A stretch of 64,000 bases of DNA from a virus. Lineage: Duplodnaviria; Heunggongvirae; Uroviricota; Caudoviricetes. Numbering within the stretch: position 1 is the first letter of the stretch; the number at the start of each line of letters is the position of its first letter. Location: IMG/VR virus record IMGVR_UViG_2645727901_000008, one strand, 5' to 3'. The notes beneath the pieces are model-generated. The model did not search any database, was not told where the DNA came from, and was given only the letters and a program-made list of their open reading frames with translations. Shown here in pieces: positions 9,608 through 17,356 of the stretch. A program made the translations under genes and the position numbers.

Positions 9608-9824
9608 TGCTTTGGCGTTATGACTCCCTACCGCGCTTCGGCTGAAAGTTAATCGTCAAAAGAACCTTCAACGGGAGCCGTTAGCGCGATGGATTATGTG
9701 CAGTTTGTGATTTCCAAAATAGTGTCAACCACTTTTTGTGGATTTTATTTTTTGACCGAAATTTGGCCTAAATCATGTTGATGTAGTTAATTGTTTTTAT
9801 AACATAAAACTTCATTTTGTTTAC

Positions 9825-10448
9825 ATGAAGGATGGTGTAGTGAAGTTAAGGGTTTTAGGGGCCGCGCTCGCGGCTATGTTGGGATGCGTATCTGCTAATA
9901 CTGCCAATGCAACTGCGTTACCTGCACAATTCAGGGCAGGGCAGCAGGTTATGAATAATGCTGGTGGGGATCATTCACAAGCGGCCATTATGGACTTTTG
10001 CAAGAGGGAGGGCATTCCATTACGGCCTGTTGGAACTCAGTTTATTGGTAAAACTGACTTTTGCGTTTTTGCATATACAGCATATCTGACGGACAAAGCT
10101 ATAACAAAAACAGGTTATTCAACCAAAGATACTCTTTCCAGATTAAGTCAGGGATGGCAGCAATTCGAAGTGTATCGCCAGCAAGGATTAGGTGAGTTAT
10201 TGCAACCACTTTTTATGCTTGCGTTGGTGCCCGAGGGGCAGCAATTTTTGGTTAAAAAGGGAATGCTTCGCCAAAGTGATATTGCCGGGTTCGATAGCAT
10301 GATGGCTTATGAGCGCAAACTAACCGAGCAGCGAAATAAAAAACCATCTGCTTCATGTGTGCAAAGTAAAACAGCAGAATACAGTGCAGTAGCCGGGCCT
10401 TTAGCCAAACAAATGGCAGAGCAATGGTGTAAAAAATACGGGCAATAA
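9825..10448 (+). CDS. putative lipoprotein or secreted protein
   Basis: N-terminal signal peptide KLRVLGAALAAMLGC with a lipobox-like LGC. Possible GTG start at 9840 after an AAGGATGG RBS. Confidence 0.45.
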   Translation: MKDGVVKLRVLGAALAAMLGCVSANTANATALPAQFRAGQQVMNNAGGDHSQAAIMDFCKREGIPLRPVGTQFIGKTDFCVFAYTAYLTDKAITKTGYSTKDTLSRLSQGWQQFEVYRQQGLGELLQPLFMLALVPEGQQFLVKKGMLRQSDIAGFDSMMAYERKLTEQRNKKPSASCVQSKTAEYSAVAGPLAKQMAEQWCKKYGQ

Positions 10449-10468
10449 GTTACGCAGCGGAGGCAGAA

Positions 10469-10861
10469 TTGAAAAGATTGACTATTGCTTTACTGGCGTC
10501 TTTCCCTTTGATCGCGAGCGCCGGAAATTTACAAGTTAAGTGCGGTCGGTTTGATATAAAAATCTATCCAGATGCCATATTTCTGAATGGGAATAAGGTT
10601 GATAACGTACACCGAAAAACTAAATCTGACGTAATGAGCTATGTGTTCCAGGAGTATGCGGAGATGGGGGGAACTTACACGCTGTACTCGCTGGATGTTC
10701 CTTCTCGCGGTGATATGACATTATCCCATCAATGGCAGAACGCCGATGGCGAAGCTCTGCGCGAAGTTAAAACAGAAAAATGCGGCACTTTCCATTCTTT
10801 TAAAGGGAAAGTGCCAAATGTTAAATCTGTGCTTGAAAAACAGCGCGCAGGTGATTTTTAA
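10469..10861 (+). CDS. secreted protein (signal peptide), unknown function
   Basis: TTG start after a GCGGAGG RBS. MKRLTIALLASFPLIASA signal sequence. Confidence 0.45.
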   Translation: MKRLTIALLASFPLIASAGNLQVKCGRFDIKIYPDAIFLNGNKVDNVHRKTKSDVMSYVFQEYAEMGGTYTLYSLDVPSRGDMTLSHQWQNADGEALREVKTEKCGTFHSFKGKVPNVKSVLEKQRAGDF

Positions 10862-10883
10862 ACTGCGTTAGCACTTTGAACAT

Positions 10884-10928
10884 GGCGACAACACATCTTG
10901 GTGGCTGCGTTGTCGCTGTATGTTTTTA
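10884..10928 (+). terminator. rho-independent terminator after the secreted-protein genes
   Basis: GGCGACAAC...GTTGTCGC hairpin followed by TGTATGTTTTTA. Confidence 0.5.
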
Positions 10929-10949
10929 TAATATAAAGCATTAAAGTTT

Positions 10950-11567
10950 TCATTTTTGTCGGATCTTTTCCAGCATATTTAATTCATTATCACTTTCTGC
11001 TGCTGAGACGGTTGGCCTCACATTTCCGAAATATTTCCTGTGAGACTCATGACTTATGTATTCACCGACAGTTTCATTCTTGAATATACGAATTTGACAT
11101 ATGCGAGATCCAACAATAAGTTCTACAGGGCTATTCCCATGATTAAATAACTCTAAAGATATACAGCCTCTGTACCCTGGTTGTATCATGGTATTTAATG
11201 AAAGACCAAGCCTTGTATAGCTGCTTCTGGACAATACATCAGCGTAGCAATCTGGTGGCAAACAAACATATTCTAATGTTGTTGCCAGTACCACTTGATT
11301 CGGGTAAACAATGAATCTATCCCCAAGATCTCTCCTTGTTTCCTGGAAAAATGTTCTGATTGGTTGATGAGTATCATTGTTTTTTGATGGAATTAACTCT
11401 ATTGACGGCTTCCTTGTCATAATAGACACTAAAAAATCGTAACCAAGTCTAAGGTCTATGGTGAAGTTCCCAATTTGGTTTTTATTTAGAAGAGGTTCAA
11501 TGAACAACGACTCAGGTTCTTCTGATTCATAATATTGCAGCAATTCAGCTTTGCTTAGGAGATTCAT
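10950..11567 (-). CDS. dCTP deaminase (Dcd/dUTPase-fold) family protein with catalytic residues conserved
   Basis: Alignable by eye to E. coli Dcd: IDLRLGYDF ~ [44 protein letters not shown] ~ [49 protein letters not shown] ~ GWSGCIVLEFYNSG (RSS and the catalytic Glu are retained). GGAGTG RBS supports the MNLLSK start at 11567, which overlaps the upstream stop (ATGA). Confidence 0.65.
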   Translation of the reverse strand: [205 protein letters not shown]

Positions 11568-12637
11568 TGTGCACTCCATTTTTCAAGAATCATTACGTTT
11601 CGAATCGATTTTTCAACCAAATCATTTATAGTTTTTTCTATGGCTTCTTGTGACAACCCAGACCATATACCCGTAGGTTTTTCCCATTCAGAGCATAAGT
11701 ACTGCCAGCTGCTGTTAATAAAAGCATGCATTTCATTGTGGTCGCGAATAACAAAAGGACGCACATTATCAAAAGCTGATTTCACATCAAGCAAAGGTGT
11801 CGGCAATGTCAAACAAGGAGAAATAATCTGCCCACCATTATGTAAGGCTGATATCACAGCATTGAACATGCCAACAACTGGATTTTCCACTTTGTTCAAA
11901 AAGTCGCTTACAATTTTAACTCTATCTTCTGTGGATGGGTGAGTATAGCTTGCAGGATGAGAGCCAGCTAATTTGTATAAGAAATCTACCCCACTTTTTC
12001 CAATAAATTGGGCACTAAATAGATCTGCAAAATATTCTCTGCAATGATTTATCCAAATAACATCAGGTAGATTACTCCATTCTGGTCCAGGAAGTGTGCC
12101 TTTGTCCTTGGAACGATAGTTAAGACAGGCAAGCTCAGAAATACCTTTGCTAATATCAACGAAATGTCCCAATTCGTGATATAAAGGTATAGAGCATAAT
12201 GGTCGTCTTCTGTACATTTCAGGTAATGAAATCTGAATTAATTCGACATCGAATTTGACATTTAAAACTTCGTCAAATAAAGAATACAAATTCTTGTTTA
12301 CAGACTTAAAATAAAACCCATGCATATCTGGAGATAGGGCTGTGGTTATAAGTGTTTTTTCACTTATCCATTTTTTACAGGCATCATTTAAGCAATAGAC
12401 AATCTCGTAGGGAATTTTCTTTGTAGTACTGCCAGTGAAAAAATTAACTGCATCGGTGATAAAAAAAGTACAATCCGCAATTATTTTATCAGCAACATTC
12501 ACATGGTTTTCATAGAGCTTATCCACCGCTTCTTGTAGAACAGCAAGATATTCATGCATGTCTTTAGAAAAATAGGGAGATTCTGATATCTCCCTTAGCT
12601 TATTTCGAACTAATGTAAGTTGTGTAAATGCAAGCAT
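11564..12637 (-). CDS. ImmA/IrrE-family (M78) zinc metallopeptidase-like protein with extra N- and C-terminal regions
   Basis: HExxH (LYHELGHFVD) followed about 27 aa later by HCREYFADLFSAQF, resembling the E..AN.FA..LL third-ligand motif of ImmA/IrrE. AT-rich. Coupled to both neighbours (TAATG and ATGA overlaps). Confidence 0.55.
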   Translation of the reverse strand: MLAFTQLTLVRNKLREISESPYFSKDMHEYLAVLQEAVDKLYENHVNVADKIIADCTFFITDAVNFFTGSTTKKIPYEIVYCLNDACKKWISEKTLITTALSPDMHGFYFKSVNKNLYSLFDEVLNVKFDVELIQISLPEMYRRRPLCSIPLYHELGHFVDISKGISELACLNYRSKDKGTLPGPEWSNLPDVIWINHCREYFADLFSAQFIGKSGVDFLYKLAGSHPASYTHPSTEDRVKIVSDFLNKVENPVVGMFNAVISALHNGGQIISPCLTLPTPLLDVKSAFDNVRPFVIRDHNEMHAFINSSWQYLCSEWEKPTGIWSGLSQEAIEKTINDLVEKSIRNVMILEKWSAQ

Positions 12638-12942
12638 TAAATGTACTCTAATACATTCCGGGCCATTACGGGTTCTAACATATCTTCGCTAGTTACTTTG
12701 GTTAGCACCTGGGCGAGCGCCTTAGTGTGGCGTATCTCTACCGCGAGCGAGATGGACTCTCTGTGAGAAGGAATCTGTAATTGATCACCTTTATCTACAC
12801 TTAAGTTTGAGGCTTCTCTGATCACCTCATAAACCCGTAACTTTAACTGCTGTGACACTTCTTGTTGAGATGCTATAAGCTGAAGTACAGTCTTGATCAA
12901 CTTCAAAGAATCAGAAGCTTGCTGAGGAACCGCATAGAGCAT
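12637..12942 (-). CDS. small alpha-helical protein (101 aa), first gene of the peptidase-deaminase operon
   Basis: Strong AAAGGAGGGG RBS before ATG 12942. Stop overlaps the next start. Confidence 0.5.
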   Translation of the reverse strand: MLYAVPQQASDSLKLIKTVLQLIASQQEVSQQLKLRVYEVIREASNLSVDKGDQLQIPSHRESISLAVEIRHTKALAQVLTKVTSEDMLEPVMARNVLEYI

Positions 12943-13079
12943 AACCCCTCCTTTCCCTTATCTATAACCGCTTTCTTTTTTCTGTGTATGTTAAAAGTAG
13001 AAGCGGTTTTTACCTTTTGTAATATATATAGTGTCTAAAACTAACTTTGGCACTATATATGGCATGATATCTATGTTTT

Positions 13080-13121
13080 AAAGACACAAAAGCTCTGTTA
13101 AAACAGAGCTTTTGTGTCTTT
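13080..13121. other. near-perfect 20-bp inverted repeat hairpin (AAAGACACAAAAGCTCTGTT / AACAGAGCTTTTGTGTCTTT) between P1-like backbone and the accessory operon
   Basis: Read from the sequence. Confidence 0.6.
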
Positions 13122-13267
13122 AACTTGATCATTTTCTCGCTGAAGTGTATGTCAGGCTTAGCTCATAATCAAGTTGCTTCCAAGCTAAAAATGAGCTAGC
13201 TCCCTGAAACACTAAGAGCGGGGTGTTTCATTTATTAGCGTTGGGCCTGACGGTGTGTAGGTGAATT

Positions 13268-13555
13268 TTAGCTCATTACTCGATAACGACGGGGAATGGA
13301 ATTCTCCATCAGGCCACGAATTACTCCCGCCTCACGTAGTTCCTCTGTCTCCCAGTATCTGTTTGTCACCAGATCGAGGCTGGCTATGACCTTGTGCCGG
13401 TCATTCGGCATAGCTAATTTTTCTGCTATAACCATCAGTGAAAACTCTTCATCCAGTAGAATTTGATAGCAGTTTTTTGATAGTTCCACTTCCCTTATGA
13501 GACTGAAACGTCGCTGGATTGTGGCAGTAGAGTAAGTGAAATCTATTTTCTTCAT
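13268..13555 (-). CDS. hypothetical protein
   Basis: 95-aa ORF. Confidence 0.4.
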   Translation of the reverse strand: MKKIDFTYSTATIQRRFSLIREVELSKNCYQILLDEEFSLMVIAEKLAMPNDRHKVIASLDLVTNRYWETEELREAGVIRGLMENSIPRRYRVMS

Positions 13556-13584
13556 CGTGCGGAGAATCCGATTATTTAGCAGTT

Positions 13585-13607
13585 AAAGCCCCGGACAGGC
13601 CGGGGCA
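13585..13607 (-). terminator. GC hairpin GCCCCGGACAGGCCGGGGC downstream of the Rha-family gene (part of the dispersed repeat)
   Basis: Read from the sequence. A near-identical hairpin lies at 51537..51555. Confidence 0.45.
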
Positions 13608-13614
13608 ACAGTAA

Positions 13615-14541
13615 TTAACTAACAATCCAGTCCATAGCAACCATATCCTCTGGCGCTAAATCAATAGCATGGATTTTCCCATCCCGGATAGTGCGCCAGT
13701 GCTTCCTTGATCCGCCTTCGGGCCATACCCATACACCTTCAGACCATGAGGCGCGACGGCATACCGTTGCATATCCACTTCTGATCTTCTCTCTGGCGGT
13801 ATGCAGTGACAGATTATCTTTTGGGATTTCCGGTAAAGGATGATGGATTGCCTGAAACAGCCCCATCTTGGGATGATACCAGCGTTTGTTGCGTGGTTCT
13901 GCCTCCGACATAACCTGCTTGAAGGCTTTCTGGAAGGGGGCCAGGGCCACAATGGAGCGTCGCGCAAGCAAACCATCTGGAGTTAAAAACTCATGCGTAT
14001 CGGTGGGAATCCGGAAAGCGTTAACCAGGTTGCGACATTTGGCTTCGGTCAGGCCACATTTCGCCGCCAGCTGGCGGTAGCCAATGTAGCCTTCCGGAAT
14101 ATTGCCTTTCTTTATTTGCTCGAGTGTTTCAGCGACCATCGATACTTGTGCTGATACCTCGGCTACCTGGGCATTTACGGCGTTGATCCGGCGTTCATGC
14201 TCAAGATGCATTTGCGCCATTTCAGCCAGGATTTCGGCTTTTGATTTTAACTGTACCCGGGCATTCTCCAGTTCGCGCCAGCGGTCCACCAGCCGGGCGG
14301 TGAATTCGGGAGAGAGCTGCGCGACGACGACAATACTATCGCGCTTGCCTTGCTCGCCTTCGAAGACGTAATAGCTCGCCGGGCGGCCTGCGGTGGGCTT
14401 TTCCTCAATTTGAGGAAAAGATATTACGCCCCGTTCCGCCAGGTGTTCAATGGTGCGTTTAACGTTATCAGGGCGCTTACCTACCAGTTCCGCGATCTCA
14501 ATGCTGGTCATTGTCGCTTTTTGAGAGATGGACAGATTCAT
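13615..14541 (-). CDS. Rha-family phage regulatory/antirepressor protein with a C-terminal extension (copy 1, fused form)
   Basis: MTSIEIAELVGKRPDNVKRTIE... is a typical Rha (Phage_pRha) N-terminus. The C-terminal ~60 aa match the separate 66-aa ORF at 51564..51764. Confidence 0.7.
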   Translation of the reverse strand: MNLSISQKATMTSIEIAELVGKRPDNVKRTIEHLAERGVISFPQIEEKPTAGRPASYYVFEGEQGKRDSIVVVAQLSPEFTARLVDRWRELENARVQLKSKAEILAEMAQMHLEHERRINAVNAQVAEVSAQVSMVAETLEQIKKGNIPEGYIGYRQLAAKCGLTEAKCRNLVNAFRIPTDTHEFLTPDGLLARRSIVALAPFQKAFKQVMSEAEPRNKRWYHPKMGLFQAIHHPLPEIPKDNLSLHTAREKIRSGYATVCRRASWSEGVWVWPEGGSRKHWRTIRDGKIHAIDLAPEDMVAMDWIVS

Positions 14542-14756
14542 CAGTGCGCCTCCACGCAGTTCATCGGCAGATTCCAGTAATTGAGGATCTCCATCGCATC
14601 AAGAGTGAAGCGAGCAGCAAAAATGCAGGGTTCTTCGGGAAGGTATGAGCGCGCCTCTGCTTCGGTAGCAGCCATGACGCAGATATACAGGTGTTTTTGG
14701 CAGGAATAGAAACGCCAGATAAATTCAGAATGAGTTGGGGTAGGGATAGTAGCCAT
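14541..14756 (-). CDS. small protein (71 aa) coupled upstream of the Rha gene (icd-like position)
   Basis: AGGAGG RBS 9 nt from ATG 14756. ATGA overlap with the Rha gene. Paralog at 52468..52692 (shared EFIWRF..QKH, AATE.EAR motifs). Confidence 0.55.
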   Translation of the reverse strand: MATIPTPTHSEFIWRFYSCQKHLYICVMAATEAEARSYLPEEPCIFAARFTLDAMEILNYWNLPMNCVEAH

Positions 14757-14940
14757 ATTGGCAGCCTCCTTTGACTAAGTTAAGGAGCTACCGCGTGAGG
14801 TTCCAATCTCAATGGCGGTAGCACTGACTGGGTTGGAACTACCGGCGTCAAAGGGAACCGGCCTGCCTTTCGGCAGCCCAGCCAGCACTACCATTGATCT
14901 CTGAGCTAAACGCTACGTATGGCTGTGCGATGGCATGACA

Positions 14941-14965
14941 CAAAAAAAGACGCTTTCGGCGTCTG
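14941..14965 (-). terminator. rho-independent terminator (AGACGCCGAAAGCGTCT plus TTTTTTT on minus strand) upstream of the small-protein/Rha operon
   Basis: Read from the sequence. Confidence 0.5.
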
Positions 14966-15557
14966 TGTCGCCTTTGACATTATCCGGGGTTCCAATCCCG
15001 GCACCCGTTTTTCTAAGGTGCCGTAGAAATATACCCCACGATAATGCCAGGGCGCAACAGTCAGTATTTTATGCTTTGGCGGATTTCTTCCGGGCTTGCT
15101 TGCAGGCGTAGGCCATTGCTTTAGCTTTCACTTCATCCAGCTTCCCGGTGATCGCTTCTTTTCCGAGAGTGACAAACCAGTCATAGCAACCGCCAGTGAT
15201 GTTCTGGATTTGAAAGTTGAGGTAGCGAACGGTCATTTTGACACCCCCAGCGCGAGTAAAGAATGCAGATTATCGCGTGAGTGGCGGACAACGAGTGATG
15301 GGAAAAGACAGTAGCTGTTCATAGTGTAGTGACTCCTTGCTTTCGGAGCCGCCATCGACTGTTCCACGGTCTGGTGGCGGCGCAATAAAGGCTGGAACAC
15401 CGTGAGTCAACGGGGGCTTTTCAGCCACCTATATTGCACCGCCATAGGTATAGCGGCGGCAATAATACGAAAAACTAAACAGTTTGTCTCAAAAAGTTGA
15501 CCGGTGTGCCAATCGGTAGTGAATGTACATCGGAGAAATTTACAATTCAACTTAAAA

Positions 15558-15572
15558 TGTTAGAAAACTAAT
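15558..15572. promoter_or_regulatory. recurrent motif TGTTAGAAAACTAAT (rc ATTAGTTTTCTAACA) at the ref 3' end / upstream of the small-RNA-icd-like-Rha region
   Basis: Member of the motif family described in findings. Confidence 0.45.
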
Positions 15573-16146
15573 TTATCAATTCAATCGCCATCTGATACAA
15601 CGTCATTTCATCGGCATTGTGCCGCATGAAATCTGCTTTTCCGCCTATTTTTCCGTCAGCATGAACAGGGACCAGCCAGGGATATTGTTCTCGGACCTCG
15701 GCTGGCGCTGCGTACTGGTGGTGCCATTTACACAAAGGGAGGACATATTTATGCGCGTTCTCTGCCGTTCTCCCGAAGATATGGTGCAGGGATACTACTG
15801 GGCTATGTTGTCCGTGAATATGGCAGGCAATGCAGGGGAGAGTACCGATAGCGGTCTGTATCCGGCGTTCATCAGCTGTGAGTGATCTGCCCTTCAGGCC
15901 GCGTGACGTGCGTGTTTTTTTGGGCGGAGCGGATACAGCTTTATCTTTTCTCCGCTGTTCATATTGCTTTGCTTTTTCAATTTTCTTTTGCCGATATTCA
16001 GGCGATGCGGCTTTTTCTCTCGCTCGCTGCTGCTGGCGTTGAGCTTGTTGAAGGCGCTTTGCCCTTTGTTCCTCTCGCCAGGCCGGGTCAGCCAATTTTT
16101 GCATGGCTTTTTGTCTCTGTTTCTCCCAATAGCTCTGTTTCTGCAT
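15568..16146 (-). CDS. ref: Ref-like HNH endonuclease (recombination enhancement function): basic N-terminus plus HNH core
   Basis: K/R/Q-rich N-terminal ~90 aa, then CIACHIHGQHSPVVSLHHIFGRTAENAHKYVLPLCKWHH, matching the P1 Ref architecture. Confidence 0.6.
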   Translation of the reverse strand: MQKQSYWEKQRQKAMQKLADPAWREEQRAKRLQQAQRQQQRAREKAASPEYRQKKIEKAKQYEQRRKDKAVSAPPKKTRTSRGLKGRSLTADERRIQTAIGTLPCIACHIHGQHSPVVSLHHIFGRTAENAHKYVLPLCKWHHQYAAPAEVREQYPWLVPVHADGKIGGKADFMRHNADEMTLYQMAIELIN

Positions 16147-16194
16147 GATGGCAGTCTCTTACTTTTCAATGATTTTTCTATGATTGATCAAAAC

Positions 16195-16224
16195 TGTTAG
16201 ATATTCAAAATTGATTTTCTAACA
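16195..16224. promoter_or_regulatory. imperfect inverted repeat TGTTAGATATTCAAAA/TTGATTTTCTAACA in the divergent ref / early-operon control region
   Basis: Read from the sequence. Confidence 0.5.
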
Positions 16225-16263
16225 CAAAACATTAATATCATTCCTGATAACTGTTTGGAGGAC

Positions 16264-16419
16264 ATGATGCTTATAGCTTTAAGTGCGATCCACCAGCCAT
16301 CTGTGAATGAAATTGGCCTGTTCTATGTGTTGTTTTTCGGGGCGTTGGCGCTACTTGAGCTTGGTATTGAGCTTTTCGCAGTGCTTATGTTTTGCGTCAC
16401 GATTTTGGGGAAATTTTGA
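16264..16419 (+). CDS. small hydrophobic protein (51 aa, 2 predicted TM segments)
   Basis: TGGAGGA RBS before ATG 16264. Stop overlaps the ATG of the next gene (TGATG). Confidence 0.4.
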   Translation: MMLIALSAIHQPSVNEIGLFYVLFFGALALLELGIELFAVLMFCVTILGKF

Positions 16420-17042
16420 TGGTGAAACGAGTTTTGAAAATTTACATCGCGGGGCCGATGACTGGTTATCCAGATTACAACCGTGCTGCGTTTAATGCGA
16501 AAGCGAGCGAGCTGATGGCTGAAGGGCATATCGTTCTGAATCCAGCTGTGTTACCTGGTGGCCTTTGTCAGAGTGAATACATGGATATTTGCCTGGCAAT
16601 GGTGCGTTCTGCTGATGCGATCTACTTGCTCAATCGATGGGAGGAATCGATTGGTGCTCGTGCAGAGCACGCGCTGGCTGAAAAGCTGGGGCTGACTGTA
16701 ATTTATGAATCACCAACCAACATTGAATGCCAGGTTGCTCCGCATATTTACCGGGAACTGGTCAATGCGTTACGTGATGTTGCTATTGAATGTCACGGCA
16801 CGGATCAGCTTCGCGCTCGCTTAAGCCAAACCCTTTCCAGTTACCTGTCTTTGGCTGAAGGATACAACCTCCGACAGCGAAGAATGGTCAAATTAATCAC
16901 TCTTTTATCGCAATCCCTTGCAAATGCTGAACCAACCAATCCGCTACCTGGTGACGCAATGAATTATCTGAAGTCATGCGGTGTTGTTTCTGAAGATGCA
17001 GTTCGTTTTGTGGAGTTTATGTCTCGGAGGATGTCGGCGTGA
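16419..17042 (+). CDS. DUF4406 / nucleoside 2-deoxyribosyltransferase-like protein
   Basis: MVKRVLKIYIAGPMTGYPDYNRAAFN...VLNPA is the DUF4406 signature. The C-terminal 80 aa are shared with the 25135..25758 protein. Confidence 0.55.
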   Translation: MVKRVLKIYIAGPMTGYPDYNRAAFNAKASELMAEGHIVLNPAVLPGGLCQSEYMDICLAMVRSADAIYLLNRWEESIGARAEHALAEKLGLTVIYESPTNIECQVAPHIYRELVNALRDVAIECHGTDQLRARLSQTLSSYLSLAEGYNLRQRRMVKLITLLSQSLANAEPTNPLPGDAMNYLKSCGVVSEDAVRFVEFMSRRMSA

Positions 17043-17356
17043 GCTGGCGGGGATGGGGAAGGGCAGAAATCATGATACTCCGCCAGTGCGCCGGAACTAT
17101 GACGGTAGAGAGTATTGGGAAGCTGATCGGTCGTACCGGTGATGCCGTCAGGACTAAAGCGCGGGAGCTGGGGATCAGCATGATTCTGAAAGGAGACTTT
17201 CATCCGTCAGCCAAATACCGGCAGAGCGATATAGAACTGGCACGGCAGCTTCATCAGTGTGGTGTTCCCCGCCGTGAGATCGCGGAAAAACTCGAAATGC
17301 CCCTGGGCATGATTAATCAGTACGTTTATTTCGAAAGGAGAGTACATGAAGTCTGA
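17039..17356 (+). CDS. putative HTH DNA-binding protein
   Basis: GTG start overlapping the upstream stop. Helix-turn-helix-like AGTMTVESIGKLIGRTGDAVRTKARELGI. Confidence 0.4.
   Translation: MSWRGWGRAEIMILRQCAGTMTVESIGKLIGRTGDAVRTKARELGISMILKGDFHPSAKYRQSDIELARQLHQCGVPRREIAEKLEMPLGMINQYVYFERRVHEV

Larger units (their letters stand above)
13560..14760 (-). repeat. copy 1 of a dispersed roughly 1.2-kb direct repeat (terminator hairpin, Rha gene, small gene); copy 2 at 51530..52700
   Basis: Stretches such as 14262..14366 vs 52181..52285 and 13962..14100 vs 51911..52050 are 90-97% identical. Confidence 0.7.

Noticed and set aside
15096-15314. 72-aa plus-strand ORF
   Set aside because: It has a non-ATG start and no RBS, and lies antisense to a better 55-aa minus-strand ORF (15071..15238). 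Neither is confidently coding.
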